A DNA stretch of 64,000 bases from Mobula hypostoma (taxonomy: Eukaryota): assembly GCF_963921235.1 (NCBI RefSeq), contig NC_086108.1:89096001-89160000 (forward strand). Reading direction: 5' to 3'. The notes below the pieces were generated by a model that saw nothing but the letters and a program-made list of their open reading frames with translations, made no database searches and was not told the origin of the DNA. The position numbers and the translations under genes were made by a program. This document shows positions 38,731-51,786 of the stretch, piece after piece. Each line of letters opens with the position of its first letter. The first letter of the stretch is position 1.

Positions 38731-39176
38731 AGTGCCTGAGAATGATCAGTTGTTGAGCTTGTCTGCATATGAACCAGTACCAGTTCCAGTCATCTGAACC
38801 AAGTCGCCTGGGTGATTTTCCTGCATCTCAACCAATACCAGTTCCTGTACTTACTCCGGCAAATGATAAACCAGGCAACTAGATGGAGCAAAGACAAGGG
38901 AGCTCAAAGATTCCTCAGAGAGAGTGACGTTCCATGGGGTCGCTCTCCAACCTTTGATCTCCCAGCCTCGACAGTGCCTGTCTTCCAGGCCGTTCCTGAA
39001 GATAGCTAAGCGTTAGGCTACACAGTCAGTCAGAAAGTCTATCGCTTGTATAGAACAGTAGTTTGAACTGCAGATCACAGACTCTGATAGAGCCACAACT
39101 ACCTTGAAAATAAAAGAAAGACATAAGAGATGAGAAATAGGCTGTTTTGTGGACAAACTGGAAGAAGTCACCTGGG

Positions 39177-40917
39177 TCTGAGGAATTTGCTTGCTCCACC
39201 TTTACTTCACTAAGAACCTCTTCAATCTCTGCTATTCCAGGTACACTTTTCTCCATATTGAAGAACTCAGTGAAGTCAAAGTCATCCAATCAGTTCATGC
39301 AGGACTGCTTCCTGGGGCAGCTTCCTTGGTCAGCTTCTGATGCAGAAACAGTAGGTACCTCTGGTTGGGCTCTACCATTACATTCTACACCTTCTTTAAG
39401 AGTTTCTGATTGGGTGCTTCACCTCTTTGCCCATCTTGGACCCTCCTATAGCACAATATCATCAACTATCATCTGCATTGTTTCTGATCGACTAGTGGGC
39501 CAACAAAAAACTATTCTGCTTCCTCTTCAGTATAGGAATCACATCTCGTCCGCTCACCAAAAATGTGTTTGCTATTACCCACTCTCTCCTAAAGCACTAT
39601 TCTTTGTAGTCTCCTTCCCTTCCTTTTACAGCATCTGTCATGCAAATCTTTGTCTCTGCCATCCAGATCAAAGGTTCTTGATGTTATTATACACCCTGTT
39701 CCAATTCTCAGGCAACCCAACCCACAAATATTTTCATTCTCTTTATTTTCCAGTGGGGTTCCAGATCATTAACTATTGAAAGTATTGGTCACATGAGAAC
39801 ATAAGTAGTAGGAGCAGGAGTAGGCCATCTGGCCTGTTGAGCTCTGCTCATTCAGTAAGATCATTGCTGATCTGGCCATGGACTCTTCTCCGCCTACCTG
39901 CCTTTTCCCCACAATGCTTAATGGAAAAATTAAGGGTTTTGCAAAAATATAGTCAGCCTTGTCTTGAATATATCTACTGAGGTAGCCTCCACTGTTGCAT
40001 TGGGCAGAGAATTCCACAAATTCGCCACGTTCGGGGAAAAGCAGTTCCTCCTCATCTCCATCCTAAATCTACTTCCCTCTGAATCTTCAGGCTATATCCC
40101 CTAGTTCTAGTCTCATCTATTAGTGGAAACAACTTTCCTGCCTCTTTCTTATGGATCCATTTCATAATTTTATATGTTTCTACAAGATCTCCTCTCATTC
40201 TTCTGAATTCCAGTGAGTACAGTCCCAGGCGACTTAATTTCTCCTCATAGCCTAAACCCCTCATTTCTGGAATCAACCTGGTGAACCTCCTCTACACCAC
40301 CTCCAAAGCCAGTATATCCTTCCTCAAGTAAGGAGATGAGAACTGCACACAGTACTCCAGGTGTGGCCTCACCAGTACCCTGTACAGTTGCAGTGTAACC
40401 TCCCTGCCCTTAAATTCAATCCCTCTAGCAATGAAGGCCAACATTCCATTTGCCTTGATAGCCTGCTGCACCTGCAAACCAACCTTTTGTGATTCATGCA
40501 CAAGCCCTCCCAAGTCCCTCTGCACAGCAGCATGTTGGAATTTTTTTACCATTTATATAATTGCTCTTCCACTTTTACTTCCAAAGTTAATGACCTCACA
40601 TTTACCAACTATGACAGACAGCATCAAAGCTTCAGCATTGAGGACAGAGTACAACATCAGGATCTTCTGCCTTTTTTCTCTCTGGTGGGCCTGCAATTCC
40701 TTGCTTGAAAACTATTCACTCCAAATTTGAAGAATAGTCCTTAATCCAGTGGTGAACTTCTGCCAGAACTGGGATACAAGGATTCATGCTATTTTTCAGG
40801 GTTCCAGATGCCTTCATGGTCATACTTTTCCAAAAGACATGCCGGTCTCTATCTTACACATGGGTATTCTTTGATTTCTAGCAGCTTTTCCTTGGAATAT
40901 CTATATGGTTTCTTCAT
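39177..40917 (-). pseudogene. EIF4ENIF1: Processed (intronless) pseudogene fragment of eIF4E transporter 4E-T, N-terminal third; split by a CR1 insertion
   Basis: Manual minus-strand translation: KKPYRYSKEKLLEIKEYP..RPACLLEKYDHEGIWNPEK*HESLYPSSGRSSP; EDPDVVLCPQC*SFDAVCH|VTN..SGTPLE..RIGTGCIITSRTF; FGERTRCDSYTEEEAE*FFVGPTSRSET; KEGVECNG; DFDFTEFFNMEK..IEEVLSE. Collinear with vertebrate 4E-T as recalled (YTKEELL, GVWDPEKWH, LSPQRRSFGGGCH, EEPEWFSAGPTSQSETI, DFDFNEFFNLDK); many stops and frameshifts. Confidence 0.92.
39797..40610 (-). mobile_element. CR1 3' fragment inserted in the 4E-T pseudogene
   Basis: ORFs 40052-40276 and 40292-40552 (KANGMLAFIARG, RPHLEYCVQF, RGDLVETYK); ATGA duplicated at 39793-39796 and 40611-40614. 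Confidence 0.9.
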
Positions 40918-41029
40918 GCCGTATATTTATTGCATCAATTAAATGATTTTTTTCTTCAATTCATTTTTTTTTTTTTTTTTACCTATACCACCACTAAGGC
41001 CCAGCAGCCACTTCCATCGCTCTGCTAAG

Positions 41030-41735
41030 AGCCTGGCTTAACAGTGATTCTTTTCATACTGCCTGGTCCTCTGTTGGATACTTCTGCGTGTTTCTTTAAA
41101 ACCTCTTGTATACCAGTGCTGCCACCAATCAAGTGCATTTCTTAAGTTTGATCTGTTGCAACCATGAATGGCCTAGAAATGCTGGACAGCTATCTTTAAC
41201 AGTGTACAGTGGAATTTTCTTTCCTCTTTCATTAACCTCTAGGGTAACATTTTCTACTCCCCTCACTGGAGTAACCTCTCCAGTGTTTAAAATCAACCTT
41301 GCCCCTACTGAGAAGATGCTGGAATTTCTCCTTGTAAACTATCTCTGACATCAGTGGTACTGCAGTATCCATGTCCATCTGCATCCTTACTGTTGCCCTA
41401 TTCCACCAAGAGATCACTCAATAGCCACCTTTGTGTCCTGAAACAGATAAAACATTCAGAGCTTCTTCAACTAAAGAGTGAGAGTCACTCAGTCCATCCT
41501 CTGTCTGTCCCATCTGGTTCATATGTTTCTTTTGTTTTTTCAAAGGATATTTTCCTTTTTTTTCCCACCCCCAAAAGTCTGTATTATGGTGGTTTTTGTT
41601 TGATAGTGTCTTTACTTTTACAGTCACTATCAATGTGTTTATTTTGCCACAGCTTCAGCAATCTAAATCCTTATGCCAGCATTCTTCTGCTGAATGCCCA
41701 GTTGTGCCACAATGGTAACACTGATTGCCAATAGG
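41030..41735 (-). mobile_element. Ty3/Gypsy gag zinc knuckles plus aspartic protease remnant
   Basis: CYHCGTTGHSAEEC (41679-41720) and a decayed second knuckle C*SCGK; VRMQMDMDTAVPLMSE (DTG-like site decayed); KIPLYTVKDSCPAFLGHSWLQQIKL; EVLKKHAEV. Confidence 0.8.
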
Positions 41736-42134
41736 TGTCTTATTCTTAGTCAGTAGTAACTTGATGAACTTGAGAAGATGTGCGTAATAGGGGTATATTG
41801 CAGACTGGTATCATCAAGTAAATGTACAATATTAATACATTAAGATTCACTAAATCGTGCTATCTGAATGTCAAGATGAATACTCAAAAGTTAGGAAATA
41901 GCTGCAAGTTAAATTGTGAAGTCACAGCTTCTTCACTGTTTCATGCTAAACCCAGTTTACCATGATTTATCTAACAATGTTAAAAGGGCTGATCATCTAA
42001 GTGAGCTATCCTACTTCAAACAAGTCAGTCAGTCTACTAGTAATCTTCAAGCTCTTGCAGCTTAATTGAGTTGTGAACAATGGAGAAATAAGGAAAAAGA
42101 GCAGACACAACAGTAAATGATATTTTTATAGGTT

Positions 42135-43515
42135 TCAAGGTGATCCCCCTGCATTCTTCTAAATTCCAGTGAGTACAGGACCAAAGCTGCCAAATGCTCC
42201 TCATATGTTAACCCCTTCATTCCCTGGTATCATCCTAGTGAACCTCCTCTGGACTCTCTCCAATGACAACACATCCTTTCTGAGATATGGGCCCAAAACT
42301 GTTGACAATAATCTAAGTGCGTCCTGATTAGTGTCTTATACAGGCTCAGCATTATCTCCTTGCTTTTATGTTCTATTACTCTTGAAATAAATGTCAATAT
42401 TGCATTTGATTTTTTTTACCACAAACTCAACCTTCTGGGAATCTTGCATGAGGGCTCCCAAGTCCCTCTGCACCTCTGATGTTTGAACCTTCTCCCCATT
42501 TAGATAATAGTCCACGGTATTGCTCATTTCACCAAAATACTTTATCATACATTTCCCAACACTTTTCACCTGGCACGTTTTTGCCCATTCTTCCAATTTG
42601 TCGAAGTCCTGCTGCAATCATGTTGCTTCCTCAGCACTACCTACCCCTCCACCTATCCTCATATCATCTACAAACTTTGCCACAATGCCATCAATTCCAT
42701 TATTTAAATTATGGACAAACAATATGAAAAGCAGTGGTCCCAATATTGACCCCTGAGGAACACCACTAGTCAGTGGCAGCCAACTAGAAAAGGTCCCTTT
42801 TATTTCCACTCACTGTCTCCTGCCTGTCAGCCATTCCGCTACCCATACCAGTATCTTTCCTGTAACGCCATAGGATTTTATCTTGCTAAGAACCTCATGT
42901 GAAAATCCAAGTAAATGACATCCACTGCCTCTTCTTTGTCCACCCTGCTTGTTACTTCCTTGAAGAACTCTAACAGATTTTTCACGCAAGTTTTCCCTTT
43001 ACAGAAACCATGCTAACTTTGACTTATTTTATCATTAGTCTCCAAGTACCTTGAAACCTCATCCTTAATAATAGACTCCAACACTTTCCCAACCACTGAA
43101 GTTAGGCTAACTGGCCTATAATTTCCCTCCTTTTGCCTTCCTCCCTTCTTAAAGAGTGAAGTAACATTTGCAATCTTCCAGTCCTCCAGCACCATGCCAG
43201 AATCAAGTGATTCATGAAAGATCATTACTAATGCCTCCATGATTCTCTTCAGTCACCTCTTTCAGAAACATGGGATGTATAACATCTCGTTCAAGTAACA
43301 TTCATCTTAAGACCTTTGAACTTGCCTAGCACTTTCTCTTTTGTAATAACAATGGCACTCACTCCTGCTCCCTGACACTCACAGACCTCTGGCACACTGC
43401 TAGTGTCTTCCACTGTGAAGCCAGATGCAAAGTACCCATTAAGTTTATTTGTCATTTCTTTGTCCCCCATTACTACTTCACCAGCATCATTTTCCAGTGG
43501 TCCAAAATCAACTCT
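42135..43515 (-). mobile_element. CR1 ORF2 RT region, decayed
   Basis: DWKIANVT.LFKKG..GNYRPVSLTSVVGK; SGVPQGSILGPLLF; AKFVDD. Confidence 0.9.
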
Positions 43516-44429
43516 GAAGGACTGGGTCCATAACATTGTCTGTATTCTTTTTTATAGATGCTGCCTGGTCTGCTGATCTTCTTCAGCATTTTGTGTGTGT
43601 TGCTTGGAAAGCATTCTGTCTGATGCATGAGGACTTGATATGTCAACTGCTCTGCACGTGACTGCAATGAACTGCAGAGAATTGTGGCCACCACTGAGTA
43701 AATCACGGGAACCGGCCTCTCCTCCATTGACTTGATCTAAATCTCTTGCTGCCTCCGTAAAGCAGCCAGCATAAATCAAATTCATCACCTATCTGGCCAT
43801 TCTCTCTAATCCCCTTTGCCATCAGGCAGAAGATAGGAAAGCATGTACCATCAGTCTTAAGGGTAGCTTCTATCCCATTATTATCAGACTCCTGAATGGA
43901 CACCTTATACTATAAGGTGGACTCTTGGCCTCACAATCTACCCCATTAAGACCTGCACTTTTTTGGTACCTTTTCCACTTTATTCCACATTATTTATCTA
44001 CCTATATATTTATTTATATTTTGAGATATAACATTGTAACAGGCTCTGTTGGCCCAAAGAACCTACCACTCCAAATTATACCCCTATAAACCTATAGGTG
44101 TACCCCTATACCCAATTAACCTACTAACCTGTATGTCTTTGGAATGTGGAAGGCAGCTGAAGCACCCGGAAGAAACCCACATGCTCAGGGGTTGAATTGA
44201 ACTTAGGTCACAGTCGCTGTAACAGCTTTATGCTAAATGCTATGCTCTGCAACTGCACCATATTGTTTTACCGTAATGCACTGTGTGATCTGTACCTCAG
44301 CATCCTTCATCACTTTACGCTTACACGCCACACCTCAAACCCACACTTACACTGTCACAGACCTACTGCGACTCCATATGCATCCAGCTGCAGATTCTTA
44401 CAGGCTGTGTAAGAACATCGTGTCATTTG

Positions 44430-45590
44430 GGAGGCTGAGGGGTTGTTTGATAGGATATATAGGAAGGTGGGGGCACCCAAGTTGCAGGAGGCAGGTAACT
44501 GGCTGACTATCTGGAGAGGGAAAGGACATGGGCATTCAGTGCAGAGTATCCCTTTGGTTGTTCCCCTCAATAACAAGTGTACCGCTTTGAACACTGGTGA
44601 GGCTGGGGGGTGGTGTGGGGTGACATTTGAGAGGAAAGCCACAGAGGTCAGGTCTCTGGCAGTGACTCTGGCTCTGTGGCTCAGAAGGGAAGGGGGAAGA
44701 CAGCGGAATAGTGGTGATGGGGGAATCAATGATTAAGGGAATGGACAGTTGGCTTTGGAGGCAAGAGATTCCAGGATGATGTGTTGCCTCCGAGTGCCAG
44801 GGTTAGGGACATCTTGGATCGATTCCACATTATTCTTAAGTGGGAGAGTAAGCAGTCAGATGTTGCGGTTCATTTTGGCCCAAAATGTTGACTGTACTTT
44901 TTTCCATAGATACTGCCTGGCCTGCTGAGTTCCTCCAGCATTTTGTGTGTGTTGCTCGGATTTCCTGCATCTGCAGATTTTCTCTTGTTCAGGGAACTTC
45001 GCTTTTCAAGACATATTGAGGTCCTAGTTAAGAAGAAGGTGGTATAGGCAGGAAGGAACAAATGAGGTACTTGAGGAGTATAAGAAATGCAGAGAACACT
45101 TAAAAAGGAAATCAGGATAGCTAAAAGAAGGCATAAGATTTCTTTTGTGAATAGAAAAAAGGAACAGTCAAGGTGAAGGAAAGTCGCAAGAGCTTCTACA
45201 GATATATTCAGATCAAAAGGATTGCAAGGGACAAAACTGGTCCTCTGGAAAATCACAGTAGTCATCTATGCATGGACCCAAGTGAGATGGGTGAGATCTT
45301 AAACGAAATGCTTGCATCTGTATTTACTCATGAGACAGACACAGAGTCTATATATGTGAGGCAACATGGCAGTGAGGTCATGTGCCCTAGACAGATTACA
45401 GATAAGGAAATGTTTGCTGTTTCAGCAAATTACGGTGAATAAATCCCCCAGGTCTGACATGATGCTCCATCAGACCCTATAGGAGGCTAGTGCTGAAATT
45501 GCAGGGGTTCTAGCATAGACACCTAAAATGTCTTTAGCAACAGGTGAGATATCAGAGGATTGGTGGATAGATAAAATTGTTCTGTTGTTT
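44430..45590 (+). mobile_element. CR1 fragments (ORF1 esterase and ORF2 linker) with a Penelope tail insert at about 44873-44990
   Basis: WLTIWRGKG..VQSIPLVVPLNNK; KSFYRYIQIKRIARDKTGPL..EMGEILNE. Confidence 0.75.
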
Positions 45591-48500
45591 AGTCATAGTC
45601 ATACTTTATTGATCCCGAGGGAAATTGGTTTTTGTTACAGTTGCACCATAAATAATTAAATAGTGATAAAAACATAAATAATTAAATAGTAATATGTAAA
45701 TTATGCCAGGAAATAAGTCCAGGACTGGCCTATTGGCTCAGGGTGTCTGACCCTCCAAGGGAGGGTCAAAATCACAATGATAAGACAGTTGCTTCAGTGC
45801 CACTGCAAACCAGTGGTGTAGTGGCATCCATACTGAAATTTGGGGTGAGTAGTCCCCGGTTCTTTGCACGCTGGGTTGAGCATTGAGCAAGGTTGCTGCC
45901 CAAAGCACCACTGGCCATAGAGAAGAACAACAACCACTACAAACAGTTAATCACTTTTTCGAAATCTAAACCTCTCAGCTGTAATCAAAGGTTTAAATGA
46001 ATTCTGGTCTTTAAAACTTTATCTATGTTCCTCATAGGGCTCATCACCAGGCTTAGCAGGTTGTACTAGACTGTGTAATAAATTAAACATTTTTGCACCA
46101 TCACAGTCAGAAAAGTTGGAACATGAATATCATCTGATATTTGATTTGCTAGTCCAAAATATTCAAATCTTTCAGTTTATGAACTCCATTGCTCTTATTT
46201 TGTCATACTTCCAAACATTGACACCACCGTCAACCCCAATCACATTCCAGAAAGGTTACCTAGTCTTATCCATACTCTCTAATTTGTTGTATTTAACTGA
46301 ACTGTTCTCTGCCCTCAGATTTTTCACCCACCATGCTTCCTGCGACCATTTTTTTTACGTGCGCCATCTTCTTTTCACTCACCCACACTATACAGCAGTA
46401 CACCATCAGAGTTGCACACAAACATTTTTTTTTGTGCTGAAAGGAACAAAACCATAAGTACCATGTGAGGCCTTGTCATCTTGTCACCTGCTTGTTATGC
46501 TTGTGCTGCTGGGAAGCTGGGTGGCCCTGAATAACACATGAGAGACAGAGGAGTGAGGAACAATGAGCTGTTTAGTTTAATTGTAGCTCACCTACCCAGA
46601 AGGCCCTCTCACATTACATTCAGATTTACCAAATACTCCTCATAAGTTAAACTTTTCATTCCCAGGATCATTGTCATAAACCTCTTCTGGACTCAGTACA
46701 TTCTTTGTCAGATATGTGGGGTTCCTTAAAGTGGTTATAGCTGGGGGTGGTAGTGGGGATAAGATCCCACAATCTATTAAATGCTCCCAATGGTGTGCAT
46801 CTCAAATAGCTTCTGACAGCCAAATCCAGCTCCTGGCCTTCACATGTGGCTTAGCTACGAAGCCTGTCACAACCGTTTCTATTGACAGAAGGGGCAAAGA
46901 TATATATTGTTGCCTTCAATCCAGTCGCTTCTGGCAGATGGGGCTCATTAGCTATGGTTGGCATCTCATTGAGAAGGGAAACTCTGATCTCAAACCTCTG
47001 TTGCCCTGTGGCTATATCCCCTCACGGGGAGCGCTTCAGGAGAAAATTCTTTAACGTTGTCCAACGTTGAGTTGAATGTTGACTGCTAATTCCTGCCACA
47101 CCGCAGGTGCTAAGCTCTATCTGTCTCTACCATTCCTTTGGATTCATCAGATGCTTGGAGAGGGGGAGCCTGCTACATGGTCAATAGCTTGCTCTCCATA
47201 CCGTACTACTTTGGCTTGCATATGGCAGAGAGAGTTGGGAGGCAGCTTTCGTGGTCAACCCTGAAAGCCTCCGATATTGGTTCAGAAATATAAGCGCTCA
47301 GAGCTGCTATCATGATGACTGAGAGATTTCTCAGTAGCTTTCACATTCAGTAACATTCTTATATTGCTAGATGATGAACTTTAATATCTGCTAAGTCTTC
47401 AAGCAAGGCAAAATTATTCCTGACTGAATTAGCATGGGGGCAGATTGCACATCAGCATGTGGCCAACTAAAGCTAATGCGAGTTTGAAAATCAATGTCTG
47501 TATAAATTACACCCACTTACCCAAATGATTACTATGTTGGTTGTACTTAGCCACAGAGAAAATTGCAGTTCTTATTCTAAAGTGAATTAACCAAACCTTC
47601 TTAACAAAGCACTTTGCCCATGTCATTACATTGGATTAGTTGAGCTCCTGACAAACAAGACTGCTTAAAGCACTCCATAAAAAGCTTATGAGTTAGGCAC
47701 ATCTTCCTGGGGGTTAGAATGTTGCCTTACCATGCTACAGGTTAACTGGAAATACACAATTCTAAATTTCCAGATGTCTACAGGAAGATATTCTTGATCC
47801 TGAGCAAACCTGACATAAGCATGGGGTCAGGAGTGGTGTCATTGCTGGTTCAAATAGATTGCAGTGGGATAGAGTCAAAGGCATTCACTTCAAGAGCATA
47901 TTTCAGTTGAAAGAGTTCCTTCCAACAGGTGTTGACTCACTCTTTGTCCTTCAGGAATTCACCCCCTTTCCTGGTTCTCTGTGGGGTGCCTTGGGTGCCC
48001 AGGACATAGACTCAAGAGTAACAAGGCCGTTAGAAGCTTTTAACATTATAGGAGGCATTGATAGACAGCTGGTGTCTTTTTCATAGGGTGAAAATGTCTA
48101 ATACTATAGAGCATGCATTTAAGGTGAAAGGGGATTCAAAGGAAGTGCATGAGGCAAGTTTTTAACACAGAAATTGGCAGGTGCCTGAAATGTGGTAGTG
48201 GAAGCAGATATGATACAGACATTTAAGGAGTTCTGAGAGAGGCCCATGAATGTGCAGAGAATGGAGGGATATGGACATATTGTAGGCAGAAGGGATCAGT
48301 TTAGTTAAGGGCTTAATTAGTTTATCACAACATCATGGGCCAAACAGCCTATTCATGTGTTGTACTATTCTATGTTCTCAGGCCTTGGGAGAAGACATTT
48401 TCCTGCTGAAATCCACATCTACAAAAAGGGGATGCCATAACGATGATTACTTTCAAGAAAGAAGACAAATCCAGTTATGGTAACTAAATAGAAATCGCTC

Positions 48501-49129
48501 TGCTGTCAAATTAACAAATTTCTTTATCCTCCTGTAGAAGTTGGATAATGTGTCTTTTACTTCATACAGTAGTGAGGCAGTTAGTGTGAATTTATTACAG
48601 CACCAATCACTTGAGTTTCATTCCACCATTCTCTGTCTGTAAGGAGTTTGTATGTTCTTCCCATGACTGTGTAGGCTTCCTCTGGGTGCTATAGTTTCTT
48701 CTCACATTCCAAAAACATAGTTTAGTAGATTAATACAAAGGTAGCATGGGTGTAATAGGGTGGTGTGGGCTCATTGGTTACTGTGCTGTATCTCTAAACA
48801 GAAAATAAAAATTTAATTTTTTAATCATATGTCAGCTTCATTTATTTCTCATGCTTTATCAATTAAACTTTCAAACTGCTTCAGAAGCTGCAATTTACAA
48901 TTTGTTGTAAATTGGATGTGTGGAATAAAAGCAAAGAACTTCAGAAATAGTCAGCAACTCATCGACCTAATACATAAATTGCATTTCTCTGTTCACGGGT
49001 TCTGCCTGATCCACTGAGTGTTCCAGTATTTTCCCTTTTCTTTTTACAGCCGAATGCTTCTGCAAACTTCTGATGCTTAAAAAATTAAACAGATTTATGT
49101 TAAGAAGTAATTGGAGGAATGAGGAGATG

Positions 49130-50110
49130 GCTGAGGACCACAAACTGCTGGAGGTAATCAATAAGTCAAGCACCATCTGTGGTGATAGTTGACATTTCGG
49201 GGTGAGGCCCTGCATCAGGTCTGAGTGTGTAGAGGGGTGATAGCCAGCACAAAGAGATAAGAGAGAGGAGTGAAGAAACAGCTGGCAGGTGATTGGTGGA
49301 ACCAGAAGAGTAATGGGCTGATGGAACCACTTGAAAGAGAGCACAGGGAACCCAAAGTGTGTGTGCAGGCAGATGGAACGACTTGAGGAAGAGAAACAAA
49401 ACCAGGTGATAGGGACACTGATGAAAGGGATTTGGAAGAAACTATGTGGATCTGAAGAAGAGAGGAAGGAGCACAGGGAGTGTGGTTCACTTGTAATTCA
49501 ATGTTCATACTATTAGACTGTGGGCTACCCAGATGGAATATGATGAGCTGTTCTTCGAGTTTGCACTTGAACTCATCCTGACGGTGCAGAAGATTGAGAA
49601 TAGAGAGGTTGGTATGGGACTTGGAAGGAAAATTGGAATGACATACAACCAGGTCCTCAAAGTGGCTTGTGAACAGAGTGCAGGTGTTTTGCAAAATGAT
49701 CCTCATCTTCGCTTGGTTTCACGGACATAGGAGAAACCACGTCAAGAACACCATGCATTAGACGAGGTTGGAAGAGGTGTAAGAGGATATTTCCCTCAAG
49801 TTTGTCTCCACTTCTTCCCTTCCAGCCTCTGTCTGTATCACCATATTCTCCTTCCCCTACCTGGCTCCAACATCACACTCCTCACTCATAATCCACCAGC
49901 CCCTGCCTCACCTTTCCCTCTCACCTTCTTTATACTACCTCCTCGGGCTAGGAGAAAGGCTGTCTCCTTTCTACACCCTGAGTCCTGAGGCAGGGTCTCA
50001 ATCCAAAATGTTGACTAACCATTCCTTTTCCCTCATGGATCTTGTTCAGTTCCTTCATCAGTTTTTCTGCCCCCTCCTCAGCTGCTTGTAGTATCTGCAG
50101 TCTCCTCTAT
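49130..50110. mobile_element. Back-to-back old Penelope-like 3' fragments (minus about 49130-49790, plus about 49790-50110)
   Basis: Minus ORF ..KLEEQLIIFHLGSPQSNSMNI; hammerhead-like AGAC-CTGATGC-AGGGCCTCACCCC-GAAAT-GTC (minus, about 49187-49225) and AGTC-CTGAGGC...AAAATGTTGACT (plus, about 49981-50016). Confidence 0.7.
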
Positions 50111-51786
50111 CTCTGATTAAGGTGACTGTTGTTAGATAGAAAGTTGATGAGGAAGTGACGGTTAATTATATAACTGCAGAACTGGCTGAAAATTGATCTG
50201 ACATGCTGAAGCTCAAATGCTGTGTGTTGTTATTCTCGTCACTTCTATCTCTGCTTTTTAATAAACACAGCACATCAGTGCTGAAGGCAAGATAAAGCTT
50301 GTGCTGAAACTAATCAATTTCTGTCCGACAATTGCTGCCCTTCCTTTTAAAATCCATTATTAATTGATTCTCCTTTCACTTTGAAATTGTCATTCTATTT
50401 TATTCCCAGTGCTTCCTCCTTTAATCTTTCTTTGCTAAGGCACGAATTGTGTTATTGGCTTCCTTCATTGGAGAGTAGGACAGGGTACTTATATTGGTGA
50501 TCGCAATGCTGTGCAGAGTGTCAGTCATCTAGAAGGAAAGAAATGCATTAATAGAGCAGATTTTATGACTTTGGCATGTCCCCTAAGTTGGTTAGCAGTC
50601 AATGAAGTACGTATAGTAATCACTAATGTTTTGGAAAAAACACAGCATTCAATTTTGCACACATTAATTCTGTTGCCTCTCACTAACAGCATTGACATAA
50701 TGACCAGACCACCTGCCCATTAATGAAACTAGCTAGATAATGAACATCTGATTAAGTGCCGCATAGAGGTGATGAAACTCTTTTGATATTACACTCTTGC
50801 TGAGAAACCTCAGCACTGGAGGTTCACTTCATAGATTCACTTTGTCACGTGTACATTGAAACATCGAAACATACAGTGAAATGCATTGTTTACACCAACA
50901 ACCAACACAGTCTGAGGATAAGCCGGGGGCAGCCCACAAGTGTCAAAATGCGTCCAGAGCCTACATGCATTGCCTACTCTTCCTAACCCTAACCTGTACA
51001 CAGAGGAAACCCATGCAGTTATGGGAAGAACATACAAACTCGCTTGCTTTGTAATAGCATTACGCTAACCACTATCTACCATTAGTAATTTGGTCACATA
51101 GTATTTTCTAGCTACTAAAACTGATACGAACAACCATTTTTTTCATGCTGTTATCAAAGGACAGAGCCTTTGTGTTGACATAAGAATATCACAAATCTAT
51201 ATCAAAACACTACTCTAAAAATTAAAAATACAAAAATACTTGAATTTATATATTGCTATTCTTGACAGCACAAATCAAAATACTTTGCAGATATTGGAAT
51301 CATTTCTTGTGTTGGTGTTATTATAACAGAAAGAAGTTTAACATATGAGGATGTTTAATGGCTCTAGGCTTGCATTCACTGGAGTTTAGAACAATTAGGA
51401 GGGAGGATCACATTGAAACCTATTGAATATTGAAAGGCCTGGATAGAGTGAAGGTAGAGAGGATGTTTCCAATCATGATAGAGTCTAGAACAAGAAGGCA
51501 CAGCCTCAGTATACAAGGATGTCCCTTTAGAGCAGAGGTGAGGAGGACAGTTCTTTAGCCAGAGGGTGCTGAATCTGTGGAATTCAGTGCCATAGACGGC
51601 CATGGAGTCATCAGAGTCTTACAGGATAGTCACAGGCCTTTCAGCCCAACTTGTCCATGCTGACTGTGTTGTCCAGCGAGCTAGGCCCCTCTGCCAGATT
51701 TGGTGCATAGCATTTGAAACCTCTCCTAACTGTGCAGTTATTTAGATGATTTTTAAATGTTGCTAATGTGCACTCACATCAGCATA

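Noticed and set aside
38740..39145. Plus-strand peptides (MGSL, VFQ) suggesting an inverted middle part of 4E-T
   Set aside because: Motif spacing does not match the protein; likely chance
39147..39779. 210-aa plus-strand ORF
   Set aside because: Antisense shadow of the 4E-T pseudogene; no recognisable protein
41232..41417. LLSRGKVDFK resembling 4E-T MLQKAKVDLK
   Set aside because: It is out of order relative to the retrocopy and sits within clear Gypsy zinc-knuckle/protease context
47311..47427. ATGATGA...CTGA boxes suggesting a C/D snoRNA
   Set aside because: No terminal stem or recognisable rRNA guide; such motifs arise by chance
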